Assembly: GCF_018732085.1 (NCBI RefSeq)
Contig: NZ_CP076103.1
Span: 5,893,233 to 5,917,232 of the forward strand
DNA length: 24,000 bases
Direction of reading: 5' to 3'
Origin: Lysobacter capsici
GTDB taxonomy: Bacteria > Pseudomonadota > Gammaproteobacteria > Xanthomonadales > Xanthomonadaceae
This document shows, in pieces, positions 7,491-14,960 of the stretch (within the stretch, counting starts at the first letter, position 1; each line of letters begins with the position of its first letter). The position numbers and the translations under genes are program-made. The notes beneath the pieces were generated by a model, which saw only the letters and a list, made by a program, of their open reading frames with translations, had not been told where the DNA came from and did no database searches.

Positions 7491-8654
7491 CTAGTGGGGT
7501 TTCGGCGGCGCGGCGGCTGCGGGGCCGGAAGCAGCGGGCGGAGACGCCGGCTTGGTCGTTGCCGCGGGGGTCGCTGCGGCTGCGCTCGGTTTGGCAGTGG
7601 CTGGCTGAGCGGCCGCGGGCGTCGGTGCGTCCCCGGCTTTGCTTGCGTCGGTTTTGCTTGCGTCAGCCTCGGGGGCCTCGACTTTGGCCGCTGTCTCGTT
7701 CTTGTTGGCGGCGACCGGCTTGGCCGGCGCCGATTTCCTAGCCGCCGCAGCCTGCGCCCACGCCGCCTGCTGCCCCGCCGCGGAAGCCGCATGCACCGGC
7801 GCCTCGAGCTCGGCCTGGGCATGCCGCAGCACGTCGCTGAGGTACCAGCGGTCCTGGCGGCGTTCGACCAGCACGTAGGCATCGACCGGTTCGCCGGCCA
7901 ATTGGTAGCGGATGCGGACCCGCGCGGTGTCGCCGGTCTGTTCGGCCAGGGTGGCGTCGACGCTGTCCAGCGCCGCGTCCAGGTCCAGGCCGTAGCCGCC
8001 CAGCACCTGCTTGAGCCGCTCCACGAACGGGCCGAGCCGGCGCAGGCTGCGGTCCATGCCGTTGTGGGCGAAGGCGTCCGGCGCCGCCAGCCCGGTCGCG
8101 CGTGCGGCCGAGACGAGTTGCGGGATCGCCGCGCGGCCCTTGGCCGAGTCGCCCAGCGAGGTGGCCTGCGCCCACTGGCTGATCGCACCGATCAGCTGGG
8201 CGTGGTGATCGCGCTCGGTGTCGCTGTAGACGGCCTCGCTGCGCACGTACTGGATCGCGAACACGCCCAGGGTCTTGGCCGCCGAATGCAGCTCGCCGTC
8301 GGCGCCGGCGAACTGGCGGCGGAAGCTCGCCACCAGGTCGCGCTCGGCGTTCTGCGCGGCCAAGGCGGCGATGAAGGTCGGGAAGCGGTCGTGCAGGGGC
8401 AGCTCGGTCAACGGCCAGGTGGTGCGGCCCTCGCGCCAGGCGGTTTCCAGGCGCGCATGCAGCTCCGGCGGCACCGCGTGGCGGGCGTAGCCGGCCAGGT
8501 CGTTGCGGCGCAGGTCGGCGACCAACTGGGTCACCGCCTGGGTCGGCAGGCTCGCCACCGGCTCGGCCGGCGCCGGGTCCGGGCCGCAGCCGGCCGCCGC
8601 CACCAGCAGGGCGGTCGTCAGGCAGATCGTGCGGACGCGTCGGACGATGGACAT
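7491..8654 (-). CDS. hypothetical lipoprotein (387 aa) with Ala/Pro/Lys-rich C-terminal tail
   Basis: Internal ATG at 8654, preceded by GGGGAG with ~9-nt spacing. MSIVRRVRTICLTTALLVAAAGC is a lipoprotein-type signal with a lipobox-like AAGC. High GC3. TAG stop at 7491-7493. The track ORF start at 8735 adds 27 non-signal residues and has no SD. Confidence 0.75.
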   Translation of the reverse strand: MSIVRRVRTICLTTALLVAAAGCGPDPAPAEPVASLPTQAVTQLVADLRRNDLAGYARHAVPPELHARLETAWREGRTTWPLTELPLHDRFPTFIAALAAQNAERDLVASFRRQFAGADGELHSAAKTLGVFAIQYVRSEAVYSDTERDHHAQLIGAISQWAQATSLGDSAKGRAAIPQLVSAARATGLAAPDAFAHNGMDRSLRRLGPFVERLKQVLGGYGLDLDAALDSVDATLAEQTGDTARVRIRYQLAGEPVDAYVLVERRQDRWYLSDVLRHAQAELEAPVHAASAAGQQAAWAQAAAARKSAPAKPVAANKNETAAKVEAPEADASKTDASKAGDAPTPAAAQPATAKPSAAAATPAATTKPASPPAASGPAAAAPPKPH

Positions 8655-8906
8655 CAGGTCTGGCTCCCCAGGCGTGGGGCATCTTGGCCGCGCGTCCGGG
8701 CCGGCACAAGCCGGGTCCGGCTCACGCTCGCTCACCGATCGCGACGCCGACCAGCACTAGATGACGCGCGGCGTCCGTTCCGCCTGCTTTTTGGAAACGC
8801 CGAAAAGTGACTGCGTCCAGCAGAAAAACCGCTGAACAGGGCGGAGCGGCGATCCCGTGACCCCAATCACCCTCAAGGGCACCCGCGATCGATATGTTGC
8901 CGGTCC

Positions 8907-8921
8907 TGGCATGTTTTATGC
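8907..8921 (+). promoter_or_regulatory. sigma54 (-24/-12)-like promoter candidate upstream of the pilus operon
   Basis: TGGCATGTTTTATGC compared with consensus TGGCACG-N4-TTGC. The GG and GC dinucleotides have the correct 10-nt spacing. It lies 67 nt upstream of the ATG at 8988. Confidence 0.3.
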
Positions 8922-8987
8922 GTCCAAACAGACTAAACCGGCACATCTGTCGGTTCGCCACCGCGCGTCTCGCGCAGGAGAACGACC

Positions 8988-9491
8988 ATGCGTCTTACCC
9001 CCACCTGTCTGTTCGTTGCCGTCCTGGCTTCGGCCGGCGTCGGCCCCGCCTTCGCGGCCACCGACACTACCCAGTTCAACGTCACCATCACCATCACCAG
9101 CGTCTGCGACATCCACACCGTCGCCGCCACCAACGTCAATTTCGGCTCGGTCGCCTCGACCGCGACCAACGTCGACCAGCAGGGCCAGCTGACCGTCAAC
9201 TGCACCCCCGGCACGGCGTACACGATCGCGCTCGACAACGGCCAGAACGGTACCGACGTCAACACCCGCAAGATGTCTTCCGGCGCCAATCTGGTGCCGT
9301 ACCAGCTGTACCGGGCCGCCGCGCGCGGCGCGGCCGACGTGTGGGGCAGCACCACCGGCGCCGGCGGCAACGTCCTGGCCGGCAGCGGCACCGGCGCGGC
9401 GGTCAACGTGCCGGTCTACGGCCGGACCCCGAGCGCCAATTTTCCCACTGGTACTTACAATGACCTGGTGACCGCCACGGTGACCTACTGA
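8988..9491 (+). CDS. SCPU (spore coat protein U) domain pilin, probable major subunit of a Csu-type archaic chaperone-usher pilus
   Basis: AGGAGA SD 6 nt upstream of the ATG. Signal peptide MRLTPTCLFVAVLASAGVGPAFA/A. Conserved Cys pair (SVCD...VNCT). Motif YQLY...WG and C-terminal TGTYNDLVTATVTY, which are typical of SCPU/CsuA-B type subunits. Confidence 0.9.
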   Translation: MRLTPTCLFVAVLASAGVGPAFAATDTTQFNVTITITSVCDIHTVAATNVNFGSVASTATNVDQQGQLTVNCTPGTAYTIALDNGQNGTDVNTRKMSSGANLVPYQLYRAAARGAADVWGSTTGAGGNVLAGSGTGAAVNVPVYGRTPSANFPTGTYNDLVTATVTY

Positions 9492-9504
9492 CCGGGCCGG
9501 GCCG

Positions 9505-10290
9505 ATGAGCGGCGGCCGGTTTTCGCGGGCAGCCCGCGCCTCGGCCGCGTCCACCGGGGCCCTGTCGGCCCTGCGCCCGATCGCACTCGGCCTGTGGTTG
9601 GCCCTGATCGCCGCGCCCGCCGGCGCGGCCGGGCTGCAAGTCACGCCCACCGTGCTGACCTTGCAGGCCCGGCAGAACGCCGACGGCCTGTGGCTCAGCA
9701 ACACCGGCACGACCACGCTGCAGGCCCAGGTGCGGGTGTTCCGCTGGACCCAGTCCAACGGCGAGGAGCACTTCGAACCGACCCAGGCACTGGCGATCAG
9801 CCCGCCGATGCTCGAACTGGCGCCCGGCGCGCGGCAACTGGTGCGGGTGATCCGGCTCGGCGCGCCGCCGGCCCGCGAGGACAGCTACCGGCTGATCGTC
9901 GACGAGCTGCCGCCCGACGACGTCAACCGCCCGCCCGGTCTGCAGTTCGTGCTGCGCTACTCATTGCCGGTGTTCCTCGCCGCGGCCGGCGACGCCGCGC
10001 CGGCGCCGAAACTGCGCGCGCAGTTGAGCTTCCAGGGCGAGCAGGTCCGCCTCGAGGTCCGCAACGACGGCGACCAGCACGCGCAGCTGGCCGATCTGGT
10101 GTTCGTCGACACCCACGGCACCCGGCATGCGCTGCAGTCCGGCCTGCTCGGTTACGCCCTGCCCGCCCAGCGCATGCGCTGGCCGCTGGCGGCCCCGGCC
10201 GAGCTGTTGCGCGGCGGCGGCACCCTCAAGGCGAGGATCAATGGCGAAGCCACCGAGCAGGCGCTGGCGCTGGACCCGCCGGCTGGCTGA
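9505..10290 (+). CDS. periplasmic pilus chaperone (PapD-like, CsuC-type)
   Basis: Starts 13 nt after the pilin stop. Signal peptide ends ...APAGAAG. LQVTPTVLTL...LWLSNTGTTTLQAQVRVFRW...YRLIVDELPP matches the Ig-like fimbrial chaperone pattern. Its position between pilin and usher fits. Confidence 0.85.
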   Translation: MSGGRFSRAARASAASTGALSALRPIALGLWLALIAAPAGAAGLQVTPTVLTLQARQNADGLWLSNTGTTTLQAQVRVFRWTQSNGEEHFEPTQALAISPPMLELAPGARQLVRVIRLGAPPAREDSYRLIVDELPPDDVNRPPGLQFVLRYSLPVFLAAAGDAAPAPKLRAQLSFQGEQVRLEVRNDGDQHAQLADLVFVDTHGTRHALQSGLLGYALPAQRMRWPLAAPAELLRGGGTLKARINGEATEQALALDPPAG

Positions 10291-12661
10291 CGCCATGCCG
10301 GCCGGCCTGCTCCTGGCGTCGCAGCTGGGCCATGCGGCGGAACCGCCGCCGCTGGCGGTGCTGCGCGCGGGCGAAGCCCTGGGCGGCGGATCGCTCAGCG
10401 CCACCGCGGCGGCGGCGAACATGGCCCTGTACCTGGAAGTCAGCCTCAACCAGACCGCCTACGGCCCGCCGCAGCCGTTCGAGCTGCGCGAGGGCCGCCT
10501 GTACGCCAGCGTCGCCACCCTGCGCGCGATCGGCTTCCGCCTCGACGGCCGCGACAGCGGCGAAACCCTGGCGCCCGACCGCCTGGCCGGCGTCAGCGTG
10601 CGCTACGACGCCGCCAGCCAGCGGGTCGCGATCGACGCACCGCTGTCGCTGCTGTCGCTGGCGACCACCCGGCTCAACGCGCCCGGCGCCGATGTCCCGG
10701 TCGCCAGCGCCTCGCCCGGGCTGCTGCTCAACTACGACTTGTATTCCAGCCGCGACCGCCACAGCGACAGCACCAGCGCGTTCGCCGAACTGCGCGTGTT
10801 CGGCCTGGGCAGCGGCGTGTTCAGCCAGACCGCGGTGACCCGCAGCTATCGCAACGAGGACGACCCGCGCCGCACCGACTCGGTGCGCCTGGACAGCAGC
10901 TGGCGCTGGTCGGCGCCGGCCTCGATGTTCAGCGTCACCGCCGGCGACGTGATCAGCGGCCAGCTCGACTGGACCCGGTCGCTGCGCCTGGGCGGGATCC
11001 GCATCGGCCGCGACTTCGGCCTGCAGCCCTACCGCATCACCACCCCGCTGCCGACCCTGCTGGGCGAAGTCGCGGTGCCGTCGGCGGTGGACCTGTACGT
11101 CAACGGCATCCGCCAGTACAGCGGCGAGCTGTCGCCGGGGCCGTTCCAGCTGGCGACGATTCCCGGCATCACCGGCGCGGGCAACGCGCAACTGGTGGTC
11201 ACCGATGCGTTCGGCCGCACCCGCACCCTCGACTTCCCGTTCTACGCCGCGCAGCAACTGCTGGCAAAGGGCCTGTCGGACTGGTCGCTGAGCCTGGGCC
11301 TGGCGCGCGAGGACTACGCGATCGACTCGTTCGCCTACGGCCACGAGCCCTTGCTCAGCGGCGACCTGCGCTACGGCGTCAGCGACCGCTTCACCGTCGA
11401 GGCGCACGGCGAAGGCGGCGACGGCGTGGTCAACGGCGGCGTGGGCGGGGTATGGCTGCTCGGCCAGGCCGGGGTGATCAGCGGCTCGCTCGCGCACGGC
11501 CGCGACGGCAACGACGGCGGCTGGCTGTATGCGGCGGCGTACAACTGGAGCAACGGACGATTCAATATCTCCGCCGACACCCAACGCACCCGCGGCGACT
11601 ACCGCGATCTGGCCTCGCGTTACGGACTGGGCGCGCCGCGCGTGAGCGAACGCGCGGTGGCGAGCTGGAGCGACGCGCGACTGGGCAGCCTCGGCCTGAG
11701 CTACGTGCGCCTGATCCATCGCAGTGAACCGGCCGCGCGTTACGCCAGCGCGACCTGGAACCGCAGCTTCGGCGGTCGCGCCGCACTGAGCCTGTCGTAC
11801 AACCAGAACCTGGATCGCGGCGAGGACCGCAACGTCTACCTGGGTTTCACCTTGAACCTGCAGGATCGCGACCGCCGCGGCAGCACCCAGGTCAGCGTGT
11901 CGGCGCAGCGCAGCCGCGACCGCGACCAGGGCGTGATCGACATCAGCCGCCCGGTGCCGGGCGACGGCGGCTTCGGCTGGCGGGTGCAGGCGCGCGGCGG
12001 CGATGGCGAGGAAGGCGGCCTGGCCGAGGCGGGTTGGCTGACGTCGTACGGTCGCTTCAACGTCGGCCTCGCGCGCCAGGGCGACAACGATTACGGCTAC
12101 GCCAGCGCCAGCGGTTCGCTGGTGTGGATGGGCGGCCATGCCTTCGCCGCGCGCAACGTCAGCGATGCGTTCGCGGTGGTGTCCACCGGCGGCGTGGCCG
12201 ACGTGCCGGTGCTGCTCGAAAACCGCCCGATCGGCCGCAGCGATCGCGACGGCATGCTGCTGGTCACCCCGCTCAACGCCTGGCAGCGCAACCGCATCGC
12301 GATCGATCCGATGGAGCTGCCGGCCGATGTGCAACTCGGTCAGGTCGAAGTGCAGGCGACGCCGAAGGATCGCTCCGGCACCTTGGTGCGTTTCGTGATC
12401 GACAAGATCCGCCCGGCGATCTTGGTGCTGCGCGACGCCTCGGGCCTGCCGCTGCCGCTGGGCAGTCGCGTGCATCTGATCGATGGCGGCAGCGCGATCG
12501 TCGGCTACGACGGCGAGGCCTATCTCGATCGCGTGGGCGACGCCAACGACCTGCGCGTCGACACGCCGAGCGGCGCGTGCCGGGTGCGGTTCGCGTATCC
12601 GCAGGGGCCGGGCATCCCGCGTATCGGCCCGCTGACCTGTGCACCGGAGCGATCGCCATGA
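10241..12661 (+). CDS. outer-membrane fimbrial usher (CsuD/PapC-like), ~806 aa
   Basis: Large beta-rich protein with usher-like features (LYLEVSLNQT..., many G/S/Y/R beta-strand repeats, C-terminal plug/CTD-like region). Start chosen at ATG 10241 (basic n-region MAKPPSRRWRWTRR, GAGGA upstream), which overlaps the chaperone by 50 nt. ATG 10295 is an alternative. TGA stop at 12659-12661. Confidence 0.85.
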   Translation: MAKPPSRRWRWTRRLADAMPAGLLLASQLGHAAEPPPLAVLRAGEALGGGSLSATAAAANMALYLEVSLNQTAYGPPQPFELREGRLYASVATLRAIGFRLDGRDSGETLAPDRLAGVSVRYDAASQRVAIDAPLSLLSLATTRLNAPGADVPVASASPGLLLNYDLYSSRDRHSDSTSAFAELRVFGLGSGVFSQTAVTRSYRNEDDPRRTDSVRLDSSWRWSAPASMFSVTAGDVISGQLDWTRSLRLGGIRIGRDFGLQPYRITTPLPTLLGEVAVPSAVDLYVNGIRQYSGELSPGPFQLATIPGITGAGNAQLVVTDAFGRTRTLDFPFYAAQQLLAKGLSDWSLSLGLAREDYAIDSFAYGHEPLLSGDLRYGVSDRFTVEAHGEGGDGVVNGGVGGVWLLGQAGVISGSLAHGRDGNDGGWLYAAAYNWSNGRFNISADTQRTRGDYRDLASRYGLGAPRVSERAVASWSDARLGSLGLSYVRLIHRSEPAARYASATWNRSFGGRAALSLSYNQNLDRGEDRNVYLGFTLNLQDRDRRGSTQVSVSAQRSRDRDQGVIDISRPVPGDGGFGWRVQARGGDGEEGGLAEAGWLTSYGRFNVGLARQGDNDYGYASASGSLVWMGGHAFAARNVSDAFAVVSTGGVADVPVLLENRPIGRSDRDGMLLVTPLNAWQRNRIAIDPMELPADVQLGQVEVQATPKDRSGTLVRFVIDKIRPAILVLRDASGLPLPLGSRVHLIDGGSAIVGYDGEAYLDRVGDANDLRVDTPSGACRVRFAYPQGPGIPRIGPLTCAPERSP

Positions 12662-13668
12662 ATCTGCGCCGCCTGATCGTCGTGTTCGCCTTGCTCGCGA
12701 TGGCCGCTTCGCCGCCGGCGTTTGCTGCGACCACCTGCACCGCGTCGATGACCAACCTCACCTTTCCCGCCACCACCGGCGCGATCAGCGACGGCAGCGC
12801 AAGCTTGAGCGTGACCTGCACCACCGGCGCGGTGGCGGTGCTGGCGCGAGTCCGGGTCAACATGTGCGTGAGCATCTTCAGCGGCACCGACGGCGGCGGC
12901 ACCCTCAACCCGCGGCGCATGCTCAACGGCTTCAACGATCCCCTGCAGATGCAGCTGTACACCGACGCGGCGCGCAGCGCGATCTGGGGCGCGCGCGGCA
13001 ACGCCACGGTGCCGAACTACCTGCCGTTGCAGTTCGACTACCCCGTGGTCCTGCTCGGCGGCAGCCAGACCCTGACCGCGACCCTGTACGGCCGCATCCC
13101 GGCGCAGACCGCGCTCAACGCCGGCAGCTACACCAATCGTTTCACCGGCGCGTCCGACACCCTGATCGAATACCAATACGCCGAACCCGTGCTCGGCACG
13201 CCGCCGATGCCGACCTCGTGCATCACCGGCGGCAGCACCGGCACGCCCAGCCAGTTTCCCTTCACTGTCAACGGTCCGGTGCCCAACACCTGCACGCTCA
13301 CGCCCAAACCGGTGCCCGACCTCGCCTTCGGCAACGTACCGGGCCTGATCACCGCCAACGTCGACCGCACCACCGCGATCGGCCTGGTCTGCACCGGCCG
13401 CACCGCCTGGCAGATCGGCCTCAACAACGGTTTGAACGCCAGCGGCACGGTGCGGCGCATGCGCAGCGCCGGCGGCCAGTTCGTCAGCTACGAGCTGTAC
13501 CGCAACAGCCCGCGCAGCCTGCGCTGGGGCAACACCCTGGGCAGCGACACCCTGGCCGGCACCGGCAGCGGCACCGCGCAATCGCTGACCGTGTACGGGC
13601 GAGTCGCGCCGCAGACGCCGAACGTGGGGACCTACAGCGACACGATCGTGGTGACGGTCACCTACTGA
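12658..13668 (+). CDS. two-domain SCPU protein (336 aa), putative pilus tip subunit or adhesin (CsuE-like role)
   Basis: ATGA start/stop overlap with the usher. Signal peptide MNLRRLIVVFALLAMAASPPAFA/A. The C-terminal half is a clear SCPU domain (CTLT...LAFGNV...LVCTG...YELY...WGN...VGTYSDTIVVTVTY). The N-terminal half is a more divergent SCPU-like repeat (CTAS...VTCTT...MQLY...IWG...AGSYTN). Confidence 0.85.
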   Translation: MNLRRLIVVFALLAMAASPPAFAATTCTASMTNLTFPATTGAISDGSASLSVTCTTGAVAVLARVRVNMCVSIFSGTDGGGTLNPRRMLNGFNDPLQMQLYTDAARSAIWGARGNATVPNYLPLQFDYPVVLLGGSQTLTATLYGRIPAQTALNAGSYTNRFTGASDTLIEYQYAEPVLGTPPMPTSCITGGSTGTPSQFPFTVNGPVPNTCTLTPKPVPDLAFGNVPGLITANVDRTTAIGLVCTGRTAWQIGLNNGLNASGTVRRMRSAGGQFVSYELYRNSPRSLRWGNTLGSDTLAGTGSGTAQSLTVYGRVAPQTPNVGTYSDTIVVTVTY

Positions 13669-13700
13669 CGCAGGACTTCAACGGCCGCCAAGCGATCGCC

Positions 13701-13731
13701 GGAAAAAAGAAAAGGAGGCCGAGGCCTCCTT
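13701..13731 (-). terminator. rho-independent terminator (minus strand)
   Basis: Stem AAGGAGGC/GCCTCCTT (13712-13719 / 13724-13731) with loop CGAG. On the minus strand it is followed by TTTTCTTTTTTCC (13711-13701). It lies downstream of the phosphatase gene. No T-run on the plus strand, so it is a poor terminator for the pilus operon. Confidence 0.55.
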
Positions 13732-13895
13732 GCAAATCGGCTTGCGCCGATAGATTTCGAGTTGTGGCATGGCCCCGGCTGGCACCGGGATGGACGCAGA
13801 CTACCGGCGGGGCCTAGTTAATGCAATACCTGAAGTATTGCGATTTAACTCATTGATTTTAATTGACCACCAGTCGCCTTGGCGCCTGAGATGAC

Positions 13896-14831
13896 TCAGG
13901 GCGCCACATCCAGCGCGGCCCGCTTGGCCTGACGGCGCGCATCGCGCGACTGGCTGTAGTCGTTGTTGAAGGTCATCGCCTCCCACGAGCCGTAGCTCGG
14001 GTTCGGCAGCATCCACCAGCGTTCGCCGAACCAGTCGTGGTACTGCGCCAGCAGCGCGTCGCGGCCCTCGGGCGTGTTGGCCACGACCTGGACGAAGTCG
14101 CCCATCTGGTCGCCGAACTGCATCAGCACGCGGTATTGCTTGCCGGCCAGCAGGCGGCGGCAGTTCTTTTCGCTGCCGTTCTGCTCGCAGCCGTCGACCA
14201 CCGTGCCCAGGCCGAGGAACACCGAATCGTCGGCGACCGGCAGGCCGGCCTGGCGCAGGTTGGCCAAGGTCGCGTCCTTCAGATGCACCGCGCGGTTGGA
14301 CAGGTACAGCACCGTCACGCCCTTGGCCTGCGCGGCCTTGGCGAAATCGACCACGCCCGGCAGCGGCTTGGCCTTCTTCTCGGCGACCCAGGCGTCCCAG
14401 GTCACTTCGTCGTATTCCTTGCCGTCGCGGACCAGCCGCGCCTGATACGGCGAGTTGTCGAGCACGGTCTCGTCGACGTCCATCACCACCGCCGGCTTGA
14501 GGCCCTTGGCCGAATTGCCGCGCTCCTCGGGCACCAGCGCGTCCCAGTTGGGCTGCTTGAGCGCCACGTCGAGCTTGTCGGCGGCGGCGCGGTAGACCGT
14601 CTCGGTGGTCGCACGGTATTCGACCGAACGCTGCATCCACAGCACGGCGTTGAGGTTGTCGTCGGCGCCGCTCGGCTTGGCGTCCGCCGCGGCCGGCGCC
14701 GCCGCGGGCCTGGCATCGGCGGGCGTGGCGGACGCCGCGCTCGGCGGCGCCGGTTTGCAGGCGGCCAGGGCGAGCAGGCAGGCGAGCGTGGTCAGGGGCA
14801 GGGCGCGGATGTGCATGCGCGGTCGGTCCAT
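13896..14831 (-). CDS. class C acid phosphatase / 5'-nucleotidase lipoprotein e(P4) family (HAD superfamily)
   Basis: Both class C signature motifs are present: VVMDVDETVLDNSPY and VLMQFGDQMGDF. Lipoprotein signal ...LACLLALAAC. Start taken at ATG 14831 (MDRPRMHIR...); ATG 14816 is equally possible. TGA stop at 13896-13898. Confidence 0.85.
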   Translation of the reverse strand: MDRPRMHIRALPLTTLACLLALAACKPAPPSAASATPADARPAAAPAAADAKPSGADDNLNAVLWMQRSVEYRATTETVYRAAADKLDVALKQPNWDALVPEERGNSAKGLKPAVVMDVDETVLDNSPYQARLVRDGKEYDEVTWDAWVAEKKAKPLPGVVDFAKAAQAKGVTVLYLSNRAVHLKDATLANLRQAGLPVADDSVFLGLGTVVDGCEQNGSEKNCRRLLAGKQYRVLMQFGDQMGDFVQVVANTPEGRDALLAQYHDWFGERWWMLPNPSYGSWEAMTFNNDYSQSRDARRQAKRAALDVAP

Positions 14832-14899
14832 GGGAAAGGCGGGGAGTGTAGGCCGCGGCGCAAAACGGTGTCGATTCTCGACCGTTCGTCGGCCCGGGT

Positions 14900-14928
14900 T
14901 TGACCCGGTGCGGCCGGCGTCGTATATA
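14900..14928 (+). promoter_or_regulatory. sigma70-like promoter candidate for the ArsR-family operon
   Basis: TTGACC (14900-14905), a 17-nt spacer, then TATATA (14923-14928). The predicted transcription start is ~25 nt upstream of ATG 14961. Confidence 0.4.
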
Positions 14929-14941
14929 GCCAATACGTTCT

Positions 14942-14957
14942 ATAACCATTGAGTTAT
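14942..14957. promoter_or_regulatory. AT-rich inverted repeat, possible ArsR-family operator
   Basis: ATAAC-cattga-GTTAT, sited between the predicted promoter and the ArsR start codon. ArsR/SmtB operators are typically AT-rich imperfect palindromes that overlap their own promoter or leader. Confidence 0.3.
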
Positions 14958-14960
14958 TAA

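Noticed and set aside
8722-8961. 79-aa minus-strand ORF inside the pilus/lipoprotein divergent region
   Set aside because: Low GC3 compared with real genes, no SD and no recognisable features. It spans the predicted promoter region and is most likely non-coding.
13815-14960. Acid phosphatase as a horizontally acquired cassette or genomic islet, because it is flanked by AT-rich DNA with similar motifs
   Set aside because: The gene's codon third positions are as G/C-rich as its neighbours. There is no integrase or transposase, no tRNA and no clean direct repeats (only short, imperfect motif similarity). I kept it as a regulatory-site hypothesis instead.
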